This document shows, piece after piece, positions 9,872 through 18,326 of a stretch of 64,000 nucleotides of DNA. The translations under genes and the position numbers were made by a program. Each line of letters starts with the position of its first letter. The stretch's first letter is position 1. Under the pieces are notes generated by a model. It did not search any database and was not told the origin of the DNA. It saw only the letters and a list, made by a program, of their open reading frames with translations. This stretch comes from an uncultured Eubacteriales bacterium (GTDB lineage Bacteria > Acidobacteriota > Aminicenantia > Aminicenantales > UBA8522): positions 6,352-70,351 of the forward strand of contig CAYUKK010000020.1 in assembly GCA_964445305.1 (NCBI GenBank), given 5' to 3'.

Positions 9872-10417
9872 TCAAGTGGATTTGACGTATTGAATTGACC
9901 CACCGGCATAGATGATGATATTCCGCGTGCCGGGTTGCCCTTTGGCGCTCAGATTAGGGCTTTGAAGGGAAATATTGTGCTGGGCCGGATTGTAATTGAG
10001 GACCATCCCCAGGGGGTTGAAAACAACCACCTGGTTTGGTACGTTCACCGTCACAACATACTTGGCGGGAATCGTTTTTCGCCATTCTTGGGACACCCTT
10101 ACCCAGGTCCCCGACTGCTCCTCGCGTTCCACATAGTAAGCCCAGTAGCCTTCGCTATTATCGAAGGTGAGCCGGTGCTTGAGTTTGAGCTTGACGGCCT
10201 GGAATTTAACCTGGTGGAGCGTGGTGAGAACTTCCCGGGCGCTGTTTTCCAGGCCTCGAGTCTCCAAGGTGTTGAGAATGGCCGGATAACTGGCCACAAG
10301 AAGAATGCCCAGAATGGCGACGACCACGATCATCTCGATGGCCGTAAAACCCCTGTTGAGCAGATTTTTCCTCACGGTGGGGAAGATTATTGTCCAATCA
10401 TCGTTTTTTGTCAACAT
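9872..10417 (-). CDS. FimT/GspH-like type IV minor (pseudo)pilin
   Basis: RGFTAIEMIVVVAILGILLV prepilin motif. An in-frame GTG at 10375 would give the textbook short leader MRKNLLNR-GFT, so the true start may be 10375 rather than 10417. First gene of the minor-pilin operon. Confidence 0.6.
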   Translation of the reverse strand: MLTKNDDWTIIFPTVRKNLLNRGFTAIEMIVVVAILGILLVASYPAILNTLETRGLENSAREVLTTLHQVKFQAVKLKLKHRLTFDNSEGYWAYYVEREEQSGTWVRVSQEWRKTIPAKYVVTVNVPNQVVVFNPLGMVLNYNPAQHNISLQSPNLSAKGQPGTRNIIIYAGGSIQYVKST

Positions 10418-10603
10418 GGTCCGGCGGAGAAGACTCCTTTATTTCCACAGAAATTCGGTCATTTTTATCCTGACCTGCCTTCTTCCCCTGGTAAATCACC
10501 CTTTGGGGTGAATTTACGGATGATTTTCATCGGCTGGAAGGGGAGAAAATGGCGGCAAAAAAGGGCATTTTTCTAACCCCGGTTGATTTTTTTCCAATCC
10601 AGA

Positions 10604-10616
10604 CCCATTCTGGTAT
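10604..10616 (+). promoter_or_regulatory. Candidate sigma70 -10 box (TATAAT) upstream of the P-type ATPase
   Basis: ggTATAATggg is about 35 nt upstream of the ATG at 10646, with TTCCAA about 16-17 nt further upstream. Sequence-only inference. Confidence 0.3.
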
Positions 10617-10645
10617 AATGGGCAGCCAAGGCTTGAAATCAACCC

Positions 10646-13357
10646 ATGAGAACACTCGTCTGGCATGCCGAAGAAGCGGACAGGGTCTTAGCGTCGCTCG
10701 AATCTGACCCTCACCGAGGACTTTCCTCTGAGGAAGCCAGCCGCCGCCTCGGGGAGTTTGGCCCCAACGAGCTCAGGAAGGAAGAAAAAGTCTCGGCCTG
10801 GAGCCTTTTCTTCAATCAATTCAGGAATATCCTCATCCTCATCCTCCTGGTCGCCATCGCCCTGTCTGTCATCATCGGCGAAATCTTCGACGCGGTCCTG
10901 ATCGCCGTCATTGTTCTCCTGAGCGCTATTCTCGGATTTATTCAGGAATACAAAGCCGAGAAGGCTCTCGAGGCTCTCAAGAAAATGCTCTCGCCCATGG
11001 TCACTGTTCTCCGGGACGGCCGGGAAGAAGAGATTCCCAGTCGAAATCTTGTTCCTGGTGACATCCTTCTTCTTGAGGCCGGGGATAAGATTGCCGCCGA
11101 CGCCCGTCTCCTTGAGGTCCGCTCCCTCGAATGTGACGAAGCCTCGCTGACCGGGGAATCGGCACCCGTTCGAAAGGATACTGCTCCTGAAGGGCTGGAT
11201 ATTTCTATTCCTGACAGAAAGAATATGGTCTTTGCCGGAACCATCGTTACTTACGGAAGAGGCAAAGCCATCGTCACGGCCACGGGAATGAGCACGGAGT
11301 TCGGCCGGATCGCCGAGCAGGTAGCCGCCGCAGAGCCCAAGAAAACACCGCTTGAGAAAAGGACGGCCGAGATCGGCAAATGGCTGGGCTTTTTGGCCCT
11401 GGCCATCTGTCTCGTCGTGGCCGGAGTGAGCACCATCCGAGAAGCCTTCTCCGGCCGTTTGACCATGGAGTTCGCCATCCAGGCGCTCATGTTCGCCGTC
11501 GCTCTGGCCGTGGCTGCTGTCCCGGAAGCGCTCCCGGCCATCGTGACGGGCGCTCTGGCCATCGGAATGCACCAGATGGCCAAGCGGAATGCCCTGGTCA
11601 GGAAAATGCCGGCCGTCGAAACCCTCGGTTGCGCTACCGTTATCTGCTCGGATAAAACAGGGACAATTACCAAGGGCGAAATGACAGTCAGGAAGATCTG
11701 GGTGGCCCATCGAACAATCGGCGTGACGGGCGTCGGTTACGAGCCCAAGGGGGAATTTTACGGCGAGCTTCTTTCTTCCGTCGAAAAAGATAAGCCCCTC
11801 GGGGAGCTCTTCCGCGCTGCCATCCTCTGCAACGACTCCCAGCTCGAAGAAAAAGAGGGAAGATGGACGATCAAAGGCGACCCGACGGAGGGAGCTCTTC
11901 TTGTCGCGGCTGCCAAGGCGGGAGTTTCCATCCGCGAAACCAGGCTCGATAACCCCCGGCTTGAAGAAATTCCTTTTAGCTCCGAAAGAAAGCGGATGAC
12001 AACCATCCATGAAGAGCCCGGCGGCCAAAGGATGGCTTTCATGAAAGGGGCTCCGGAGGAAATCCTGAGTCGGTGCTCGAGCCTCTTGACAGGCAGGGGA
12101 ATCATTCCCCTGTCTGAGTCCCATAAAAAAGAAATCCTGGGGAAAAACTTTGAGATGGCCCAAGAAGCGTTGCGCGTGCTCGGCGTTGCCTCAAGAGTCA
12201 TTCCCCAAAACAGGAATCGCTTCAATGAGACAGACGAGCAGGACATGGTCTTCCTTGGGCTTCTCGGGATGATGGACCCTCCCCGGGAAGAAGCCATCGA
12301 AGCAGTTAAAACCTGCAAGAAGATTCATATCAAGCCCATCATGATCACCGGCGACCATGAAATCACAGCCGAGACCATCGCCAGGGAAATCGGCATCTAC
12401 GAGGAGGGAGATATCGTCCTCAACGGAGAAAAACTTGCCGAGATGTCCGAGGAGGAGCTCGAAAAAATTGTCGACAGGGTGACGGTCTATGCCCGGGTGT
12501 CGCCGATCGACAAGCTCAAGATCGTCCGCGCCTGGAAGAAAAGGGGTGAGGTTGTGGCCATGACCGGCGATGGGGTCAACGACGCTCCCGCCCTCAAGCA
12601 GGCCGATATCGGCGTAGCCATGGGCATCACCGGAACCGAGGTGACCAGGGACGCCGCTGACCTTGTCCTCAGCGACGACAATTTTGCCACCATCCTCAAA
12701 GCCATCGAGCGCGGCCGGTGGATTTATGACAACATCAAAAAATACTTGACCTATCTTCTCCGCTGCAATATTACCGAAGTCGCCGTCATTGGCGGCATTG
12801 TCCTCATCAAAGGGCCCCATTATCTCCCCCTGCTCGCCGCTGCCATCCTCTATATCAACCTGGCCACCGATGGCATACCAGCCCTTGCCCTCGGCGTTTC
12901 TCCTCCGGACCCGGACATCATGGAGTGGCCTCCCCGCAGCCCGAAAGAAAGCGTCTTTTCCTTCGAGGTCCTGGTTTTCCTCGTCATGGCCCTGATCATT
13001 GAAACACCGTTTTTCTATTTTCTTTTTTTCCATGAGCTCGGCGATATCGCCGTGGCCAGGACAGAAATCTTTTTTCTCTTTATCATCGTCGAGCTCGTGG
13101 TGGCCATGAATTTCCGCTCCCTGAGGTTCAGCGTTTTCAAGGTTCCCCCTCATCGTTGGTTGGTATTGGCCATCCTCTACGAGGTCATCCTGGTATCCAT
13201 CCTGGTACAGATCCCCTCCGTAAGGGAGTCTTTCGGCATCCTCAAGCCCACCCCATCCGGTCTGGCGATTATTTTTGCCTTCAGCCTTTTCGTCTTCATG
13301 GCCATGGAAGCAGTCAAGGCGTTTTTGAGAAAGAAGTTAGCCCGAAATCGCCGGTAG
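10646..13357 (+). CDS. P-type (P2-type, Ca2+/Mg2+-like) cation-transporting ATPase
   Basis: 903 aa. Phosphorylation motif ICSDKTGTITKGEM, hinge motif MTGDGVNDAPALKQADIGVAMG, an N-terminal cation-ATPase domain, and 10 TM helices. Confidence 0.85.
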   Translation: MRTLVWHAEEADRVLASLESDPHRGLSSEEASRRLGEFGPNELRKEEKVSAWSLFFNQFRNILILILLVAIALSVIIGEIFDAVLIAVIVLLSAILGFIQEYKAEKALEALKKMLSPMVTVLRDGREEEIPSRNLVPGDILLLEAGDKIAADARLLEVRSLECDEASLTGESAPVRKDTAPEGLDISIPDRKNMVFAGTIVTYGRGKAIVTATGMSTEFGRIAEQVAAAEPKKTPLEKRTAEIGKWLGFLALAICLVVAGVSTIREAFSGRLTMEFAIQALMFAVALAVAAVPEALPAIVTGALAIGMHQMAKRNALVRKMPAVETLGCATVICSDKTGTITKGEMTVRKIWVAHRTIGVTGVGYEPKGEFYGELLSSVEKDKPLGELFRAAILCNDSQLEEKEGRWTIKGDPTEGALLVAAAKAGVSIRETRLDNPRLEEIPFSSERKRMTTIHEEPGGQRMAFMKGAPEEILSRCSSLLTGRGIIPLSESHKKEILGKNFEMAQEALRVLGVASRVIPQNRNRFNETDEQDMVFLGLLGMMDPPREEAIEAVKTCKKIHIKPIMITGDHEITAETIAREIGIYEEGDIVLNGEKLAEMSEEELEKIVDRVTVYARVSPIDKLKIVRAWKKRGEVVAMTGDGVNDAPALKQADIGVAMGITGTEVTRDAADLVLSDDNFATILKAIERGRWIYDNIKKYLTYLLRCNITEVAVIGGIVLIKGPHYLPLLAAAILYINLATDGIPALALGVSPPDPDIMEWPPRSPKESVFSFEVLVFLVMALIIETPFFYFLFFHELGDIAVARTEIFFLFIIVELVVAMNFRSLRFSVFKVPPHRWLVLAILYEVILVSILVQIPSVRESFGILKPTPSGLAIIFAFSLFVFMAMEAVKAFLRKKLARNRR

Positions 13358-13406
13358 CAAGGCCAAGCGAGAATTGGGTTAGCTCAAGCTCTTCAAGCTC
13401 CCGGCG

Positions 13407-13841
13407 TCAGCTCTTCCGGCATTTTTCGCAAAAACCGAAAACCTGGATCGAAAATTTATCCAGGCGATAACCCTTCTCCTGACCGATTCTTTCGATGGAC
13501 TCGCGGATCTCCGCGTGGGAAAACTCACGGACACGGCCACAGCTCAGGCAAATGAGATGACCGTGGGCCGTCCTTGTCCGCTCGGGCTCGAAGTGACTGT
13601 GATTCTCGCCGAGGTCAATCGAGCTCACCAAGCCGCTTCGGACGAGAAGGTTGAGCGTCCGGTAGATCGTGGCCAGGGAAACCCGGTGGCCCCTGCGGAG
13701 GAGTTTTTCTCGAATTTCATAGGCGTTAGGATGCAAAGAAGAAGAAGAGAAAATTTCCTCAAAGACGAGCTCTCTGGTCCGCGTCAGTCTGAGATCATGA
13801 GCTTTCAAAAAAGCTCGGAATTTCTTAAAACCTCGCTTCAT
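13407..13841 (-). CDS. fur: Fur-family transcriptional regulator (Fur/Zur/PerR)
   Basis: 144 aa with a winged-helix region (VSLATIYRTLNLLVRSGLV), an HxH metal site (HSHF, HGHLIC) and two CxxC pairs (CLSC, CEKC). Its start overlaps the stop of the upstream gene. Confidence 0.8.
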   Translation of the reverse strand: MKRGFKKFRAFLKAHDLRLTRTRELVFEEIFSSSSLHPNAYEIREKLLRRGHRVSLATIYRTLNLLVRSGLVSSIDLGENHSHFEPERTRTAHGHLICLSCGRVREFSHAEIRESIERIGQEKGYRLDKFSIQVFGFCEKCRKS

Positions 13842-15151
13842 TTATTCTCCATGCTTTTCCGATGAGCCAGCTTCTTCTTGAGGCGTTCGAGCCGCCGGGA
13901 GAAATCCTGAGTGTAGCTCTTCGATATCCCCTGAGCGATGATGAACCCCTCCTCGGCCAGCTGGCGAGCCTTTTCGTAATCCTTCTCCCTGTGCTCATAA
14001 TACATCGCTAACTCCCGGAAACAGAAGAGATGTCCCAGCGGGGTGACTTGTTCCCAGAGACGAACGGCTTGCAGCCAATCGCGCTGCCGTTTGAAATAGG
14101 AGGCCAACTTCTTCTTGGCCAGGACGGAGATGTCCTCGGGCAACTTCGTCTCCAGGGCTCGCTGGATGAACCGGGCCGACCGCTCAACATCCCCCCTCCT
14201 CTCCAGCACCCTGGCCGCGCCAAAGAGGTCGAGGCCGTCAATCCGACACTCGCTGACTGCTTCCATCTCTTCATCCAGGAGCGCTCCGCCAACCGTCACA
14301 ATGCCGAGGAGCGACAGGATATCTTCCTGGTTATGGTAAAGCACGGGCTCGATGAGCCCGAAATCGCCCGAGCGGAGGAACTGGAAATAGCGAGCGGGTA
14401 TTTCGGCCGAAGGAATATCCTCGGCCCTGTCTGCGCCCAAAACTTCTTGGGCCAGGAAGTAGAGGCGACAGCTTTCATGCTTGTGTCCCCAGAGGTTGCG
14501 GGCAGCGAAAAGAAAATCGAGGTGGGGGAGCCCACTCAGGGCCAGCTCAGCGCGATGAAGAATGAAGCGCGTCTCCAGAAGCGGCAGGTCAAACGCTTTG
14601 CCGTTAAAAGTGACGACCGACCGGAAATTCATCCGCGATAAAAAGAGCTGGAGTTCATGGATGAGCTGCTCCTCGAAGGCCAGGTCGCCGAGGAAAAACT
14701 GGACAACATGGAATTTATTATCCCCATAGAAACCCAGACCGACGAGGAAGGGAACAACGCCCACGCCACCGGACAACCCCGTCGTCTCGCAATCCAAGAA
14801 GAGGGCGCTCCCGAGGTCAAGATGGCCGAAATTCTCATCCCGGCTGAGGAGAAAGAGAGTTTTTCCGCTTATTTTAAGGCCAGCCTCAATTGGCACTCGG
14901 CCATACCTGGCGCGAACGGGGAAATCGTTTTCAAAAATTTGAAGGGGTAAGCGCCTTTCGGTCTCAGCAGGGAGGGGTGGCTCTTTTTTGGGCCCGCTTT
15001 CCTTGGTCAGGCGAATGAGTCTCTCCAGTTTTTCCCGTGTCGATAGCTCTCTTTGCCGGGAGATTTCCTGCCATGCCCGGTTGATCTTTTCTGACCTCGT
15101 CGCCCTCGGGCCCGATTTTCTGACGAGCTTGAGCTTATCCTCGAAGTCCAT
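13838..15151 (-). CDS. YprB-like RNase H-fold predicted exonuclease with C-terminal TPR repeats
   Basis: A DEDD-like Exo I motif LFLDCETTGL, followed by the RNaseH-like fold region typical of COG3359/YprB proteins. The C-terminal about 120 aa are TPR-like (YFKRQRDWLQAVRLWE, YYEHREKDYEKARQLAEEGF). The 4-nt overlap with the fur start implies co-transcription. Confidence 0.55.
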   Translation of the reverse strand: MDFEDKLKLVRKSGPRATRSEKINRAWQEISRQRELSTREKLERLIRLTKESGPKKEPPLPAETERRLPLQIFENDFPVRARYGRVPIEAGLKISGKTLFLLSRDENFGHLDLGSALFLDCETTGLSGGVGVVPFLVGLGFYGDNKFHVVQFFLGDLAFEEQLIHELQLFLSRMNFRSVVTFNGKAFDLPLLETRFILHRAELALSGLPHLDFLFAARNLWGHKHESCRLYFLAQEVLGADRAEDIPSAEIPARYFQFLRSGDFGLIEPVLYHNQEDILSLLGIVTVGGALLDEEMEAVSECRIDGLDLFGAARVLERRGDVERSARFIQRALETKLPEDISVLAKKKLASYFKRQRDWLQAVRLWEQVTPLGHLFCFRELAMYYEHREKDYEKARQLAEEGFIIAQGISKSYTQDFSRRLERLKKKLAHRKSMENK

Positions 15152-15287
15152 ATCTCCCTCTTTTAAAATCCATGATAGAACAATCCCTCAAACTTTTCAA
15201 AGTCAGACTCAAGAGCAAACCCAAAATTGCGGATAGGGAATGCTCGTTTAGCAAGAGGGCTCAAGATATCAAGAAATTATTATGATA

Positions 15288-15350
15288 GGGGGCGCCGGGG
15301 GTGAACCACGACAGGACCCGTCGGGTGCTTTGATCGGCAATTTCGGGGCC
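15288..15350. repeat. Copy 2 of the conserved roughly 65-nt intergenic element
   Basis: gggggcgccgggggtgaaccacgacaggacccgtcgggtgctttgatcggcaatttcgggg. The 40 nt at 15288-15327 match 25931-25970 with one mismatch. The 32 nt at 15315-15346 are identical to 1429-1460. Lies 67 nt upstream of rhaB. Confidence 0.65.
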
Positions 15351-15416
15351 AACGGAAAGCTTGCAATAAAAAAGAAATGATTATATAAGATAACTTGCTT
15401 TCCAAAAGGGACGAAG

Positions 15417-16907
15417 ATGAAAGGACATCATTTCCTCGCTTTTGATTTGGGAGCAGAGAGCGGCCGGGCCATTTTGGCAAAGCTCGAAGATGACCAAGTC
15501 GAAACCAAGGAGATCGCGCGATTTGCCAACACCCCGCTTCGCCTCCACGGGCATTCCCACTGGAATGTCTACAGCCTTTTTGAGGAAATCATCAGGGCCC
15601 TGAAGTCTTGCCTGGCCGATCACGGCGTCAGACTTGAGAGTCTGGCTGTGGATACCTGGGGAGTCGATTTTGGCCTCCTGGCCAAAGATGGGAGTATCCT
15701 GGGGCTGCCCTTCACCTACCGGGATGAAAGGACGCGAGGGGCGATGGAGGAATTCTTCGAGCGTGTGCCGCGCCAACGCCTTTATGAGCTTACGGGCATC
15801 CAGTTTTTGCCCTTCAACACACTCTTTCAGCTCTTCGCCATGAAGCGAGATCAATCGCCTCTTCTCGAATGTGCTTCCCACCTTCTCTTCATGCCCGACC
15901 TTTTCCACTTCCTCCTGACCGGGGAAAAGACAAGCGAATTCACCATTGCTTCCACTTCCCAGCTTCTCGACCCGTGGCGGAAAAATTGGAACGAGGAGCT
16001 TCTTCAAGCGCTCGAGCTTCCCGAGACCTTGAAAATGCCCGATATCCTTACTCCGGGCACGGTCATCGGCCGTCTCAGCCCGGATTTGGCAAGGGTGACA
16101 GGTCTCGAGGAGACTCTGGTCGTGGCCGCCTGCGGCCACGATACGGCGGCGGCTGTGGCCGCCGTTCCGGCCAGAGGAGAAAATTGGGGTTATATTAGTT
16201 CAGGGACGTGGTCTCTTCTTGGCGTTGAAACAGAAAAGCCGGTCATCAACGCTGACGCCCTCGAAGCCAACTTCACCAACGAGGGCGGGGTCGAAGGGAC
16301 GACCCGCTTCCTGAAGAACATCACCGGACTTTGGCTCCTCCAGCAGTGCCGGAGAGAATGGTCCTCGCGCTCGCCCCTGAGTTATGATGAAATCACCAAA
16401 CTGGCCGAGGATGCGCTCGCCTTCCCGGCCCTCCTCGACCCCGACTGGCCAGGGTTTCTCAACCCGCCGAGCATGGTCGAGGCGATTCGTTCCTATTGTC
16501 GCCACACCCGGCAGCCTTCGCCCCGCACACCAGGCGAGATGGCTCGGGCCATCCTGGAGAGCTTGGCCCTCAAATATCGCTGGACCCTCGACCAACTGGA
16601 AAAGCTCACTGCCAGGAAAATAGAGAAAATCCACATCATCGGCGGCGGCGCCCGAAACGAACTCCTCTGTCAGTTTACAGCTGATGCGGCTCAAATCCGC
16701 GTCGTCGCTGGCCCCTTTGAAGCCACAGCTCTGGGAAACGTCACCATGCAGGCGTTAGCTCTCGGCTATGTCCGTTCCCTCCCGGAAATTCGCGACATCA
16801 TCCACCGCTCAGTCGAGCCCAAAACCTACGAGCCTCGCGCCACCACCGAATGGGAGCGAGCCTACGAGCGCTATCAAGACATTTGCCTCTTGAATAAGTG
16901 CCCATGA
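15417..16907 (+). CDS. rhaB: Rhamnulokinase (FGGY carbohydrate kinase family)
   Basis: The N-terminus FDLGAESGRAILAKL matches the rhamnulokinase ATP-binding loop (DLGASSGR in E. coli RhaB). FGGY-family length of 496 aa. Immediately followed by rhaA. Confidence 0.8.
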   Translation: MKGHHFLAFDLGAESGRAILAKLEDDQVETKEIARFANTPLRLHGHSHWNVYSLFEEIIRALKSCLADHGVRLESLAVDTWGVDFGLLAKDGSILGLPFTYRDERTRGAMEEFFERVPRQRLYELTGIQFLPFNTLFQLFAMKRDQSPLLECASHLLFMPDLFHFLLTGEKTSEFTIASTSQLLDPWRKNWNEELLQALELPETLKMPDILTPGTVIGRLSPDLARVTGLEETLVVAACGHDTAAAVAAVPARGENWGYISSGTWSLLGVETEKPVINADALEANFTNEGGVEGTTRFLKNITGLWLLQQCRREWSSRSPLSYDEITKLAEDALAFPALLDPDWPGFLNPPSMVEAIRSYCRHTRQPSPRTPGEMARAILESLALKYRWTLDQLEKLTARKIEKIHIIGGGARNELLCQFTADAAQIRVVAGPFEATALGNVTMQALALGYVRSLPEIRDIIHRSVEPKTYEPRATTEWERAYERYQDICLLNKCP

Positions 16908-16922
16908 AAGGAGGGTGGGAAG

Positions 16923-18203
16923 ATGGACCCTTCAGCGATTGAAAAAGCTTATGCCTGGAGCCGCAGTCGCTTTGAGGAAATGGGCGTCGACGTCGACAAG
17001 GCCCTGGCCAGTTTGAAGACCATTTCCCTTTCCCTTCCCTGCTGGCAGGCGGACGACGTTCGGGGCTTCGAAAAAAGGGAGGAGGGAGCCACAGCGGGCG
17101 GAATTCTCGTCAGCGGCCATTATCCGGGACGACCGCGCCATGTCGATGACCTCCGCCAGGACCTGGAGAAGGCGTTTTCTCTGATCCCCGGCGACCACCG
17201 GCTCAACCTTCACTCCATTTACGGAGAGTTCGGCAGCCGCCCCGTTCCGCGAAACGAGCTCGAACCCTCCCATTTCCGGAACTGGGTCAGCTGGGCCAAG
17301 CAGAAGAAAATCAAACTCGATTTCAACGCCACCTGCTTCGGCCACCCCATGGCCAGTTCCGGGTTCACGCTGAGCAGCCGGGACAAGACTATCCGCAAGT
17401 TCTGGATTGAGCATGTCAAGTGTTGCCGCCGCATCGCCGCTTTCTTCGGCCGCGAGCAGAAAAGCGCCTGCCTCCATAACCTCTGGATTCCCGACGGCTC
17501 CAAGGATTCCCCCATCGACCGCTGGACCCATCGGGCCCTGCTCAAGGAATCCCTGGATGAAATCTTCAGGCTTGAGTACAGCGCCTCAACGATGAAGGAT
17601 AGCCTTGAGGGCAAGCTCTTTGGCATCGGCAGCGAAGCCTATGTCGTCGGCTCTCATGAGTTTTACCTGGGCTATGCAGCGGCGCGGGGAAAGATGCTCT
17701 GCCTCGACCTCGGCCACTTCCATCCGACGGAGTCGGTGGCTGACAAGATCTCGGCCTTGCTTCTCTTTTTCGATAGTTTGGTCCTGCATCTCAGCCGGCC
17801 CGTTCGCTGGGACTCTGACCATGTCGTTATCCTCGACGAAGAGCTCAAGGCTGTGGCTGAAGAGGTCGTCCGCGGCGAAGCGCTCCCGCGCGTCCACCTG
17901 GCCCTCGATTTCTTCGATGCCTCGATGAACAGGGTGGGGGCGCTCGTTCTCGGGGCTCGAGCGACGCTCAAGGCTTTCCTTTTCGCCCTCCTCCAGCCTC
18001 TCGACCGTCTGGCTGAGCTCGAAGAAAACGGGAATTATTTCGGTCGTCTGGCCCTGCTCGAAGAGGTGAAAACACTTCCCTTCAGCGCTATCTGGGATTA
18101 TTATTGCTTGACCCGCAACGTTCCCCCTGCCGAGGCCTGGATCAAAGAAATCGAAGCCTATGAAAGAAACGTCCTGAGCAAGCGAGAACCGGGAAAGAGG
18201 TAG
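16923..18203 (+). CDS. rhaA: L-rhamnose isomerase
   Basis: Collinear, high-identity match to E. coli RhaA throughout (WQADDVRGFE, LNLHSIYGEF, HFRNWVSWAK, LCLDLGHFHPTE, SRPVRWDSDHVV, LDFFDASMNRV, RLALLEEVKTLPF). 426 aa. Confidence 0.9.
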   Translation: MDPSAIEKAYAWSRSRFEEMGVDVDKALASLKTISLSLPCWQADDVRGFEKREEGATAGGILVSGHYPGRPRHVDDLRQDLEKAFSLIPGDHRLNLHSIYGEFGSRPVPRNELEPSHFRNWVSWAKQKKIKLDFNATCFGHPMASSGFTLSSRDKTIRKFWIEHVKCCRRIAAFFGREQKSACLHNLWIPDGSKDSPIDRWTHRALLKESLDEIFRLEYSASTMKDSLEGKLFGIGSEAYVVGSHEFYLGYAAARGKMLCLDLGHFHPTESVADKISALLLFFDSLVLHLSRPVRWDSDHVVILDEELKAVAEEVVRGEALPRVHLALDFFDASMNRVGALVLGARATLKAFLFALLQPLDRLAELEENGNYFGRLALLEEVKTLPFSAIWDYYCLTRNVPPAEAWIKEIEAYERNVLSKREPGKR

Positions 18204-18326
18204 GCCAGCCTCGTCCATTGTCTTTTCTTTTCCCGGCCGATTTCGCGAGATTGGGCATGTTTCCAAAATAAGAGGGCAGGGTCGTTGGTTTGACCACGGG
18301 GCCGAAAACGACTATAATAAGAGAGC

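Noticed and set aside
10688-12163. 491-aa minus-strand ORF inside the P-type ATPase gene
   Set aside because: Shadow ORF opposite a gene with unambiguous DKTGT/GDGxNDxP motifs. Composition-driven.
12191-13153. 320-aa minus-strand ORF
   Set aside because: Antisense to the 3' part of the P-type ATPase. No homology signal.
16932-17626. Minus-strand ORFs inside rhaA
   Set aside because: Antisense to the strongly supported L-rhamnose isomerase.
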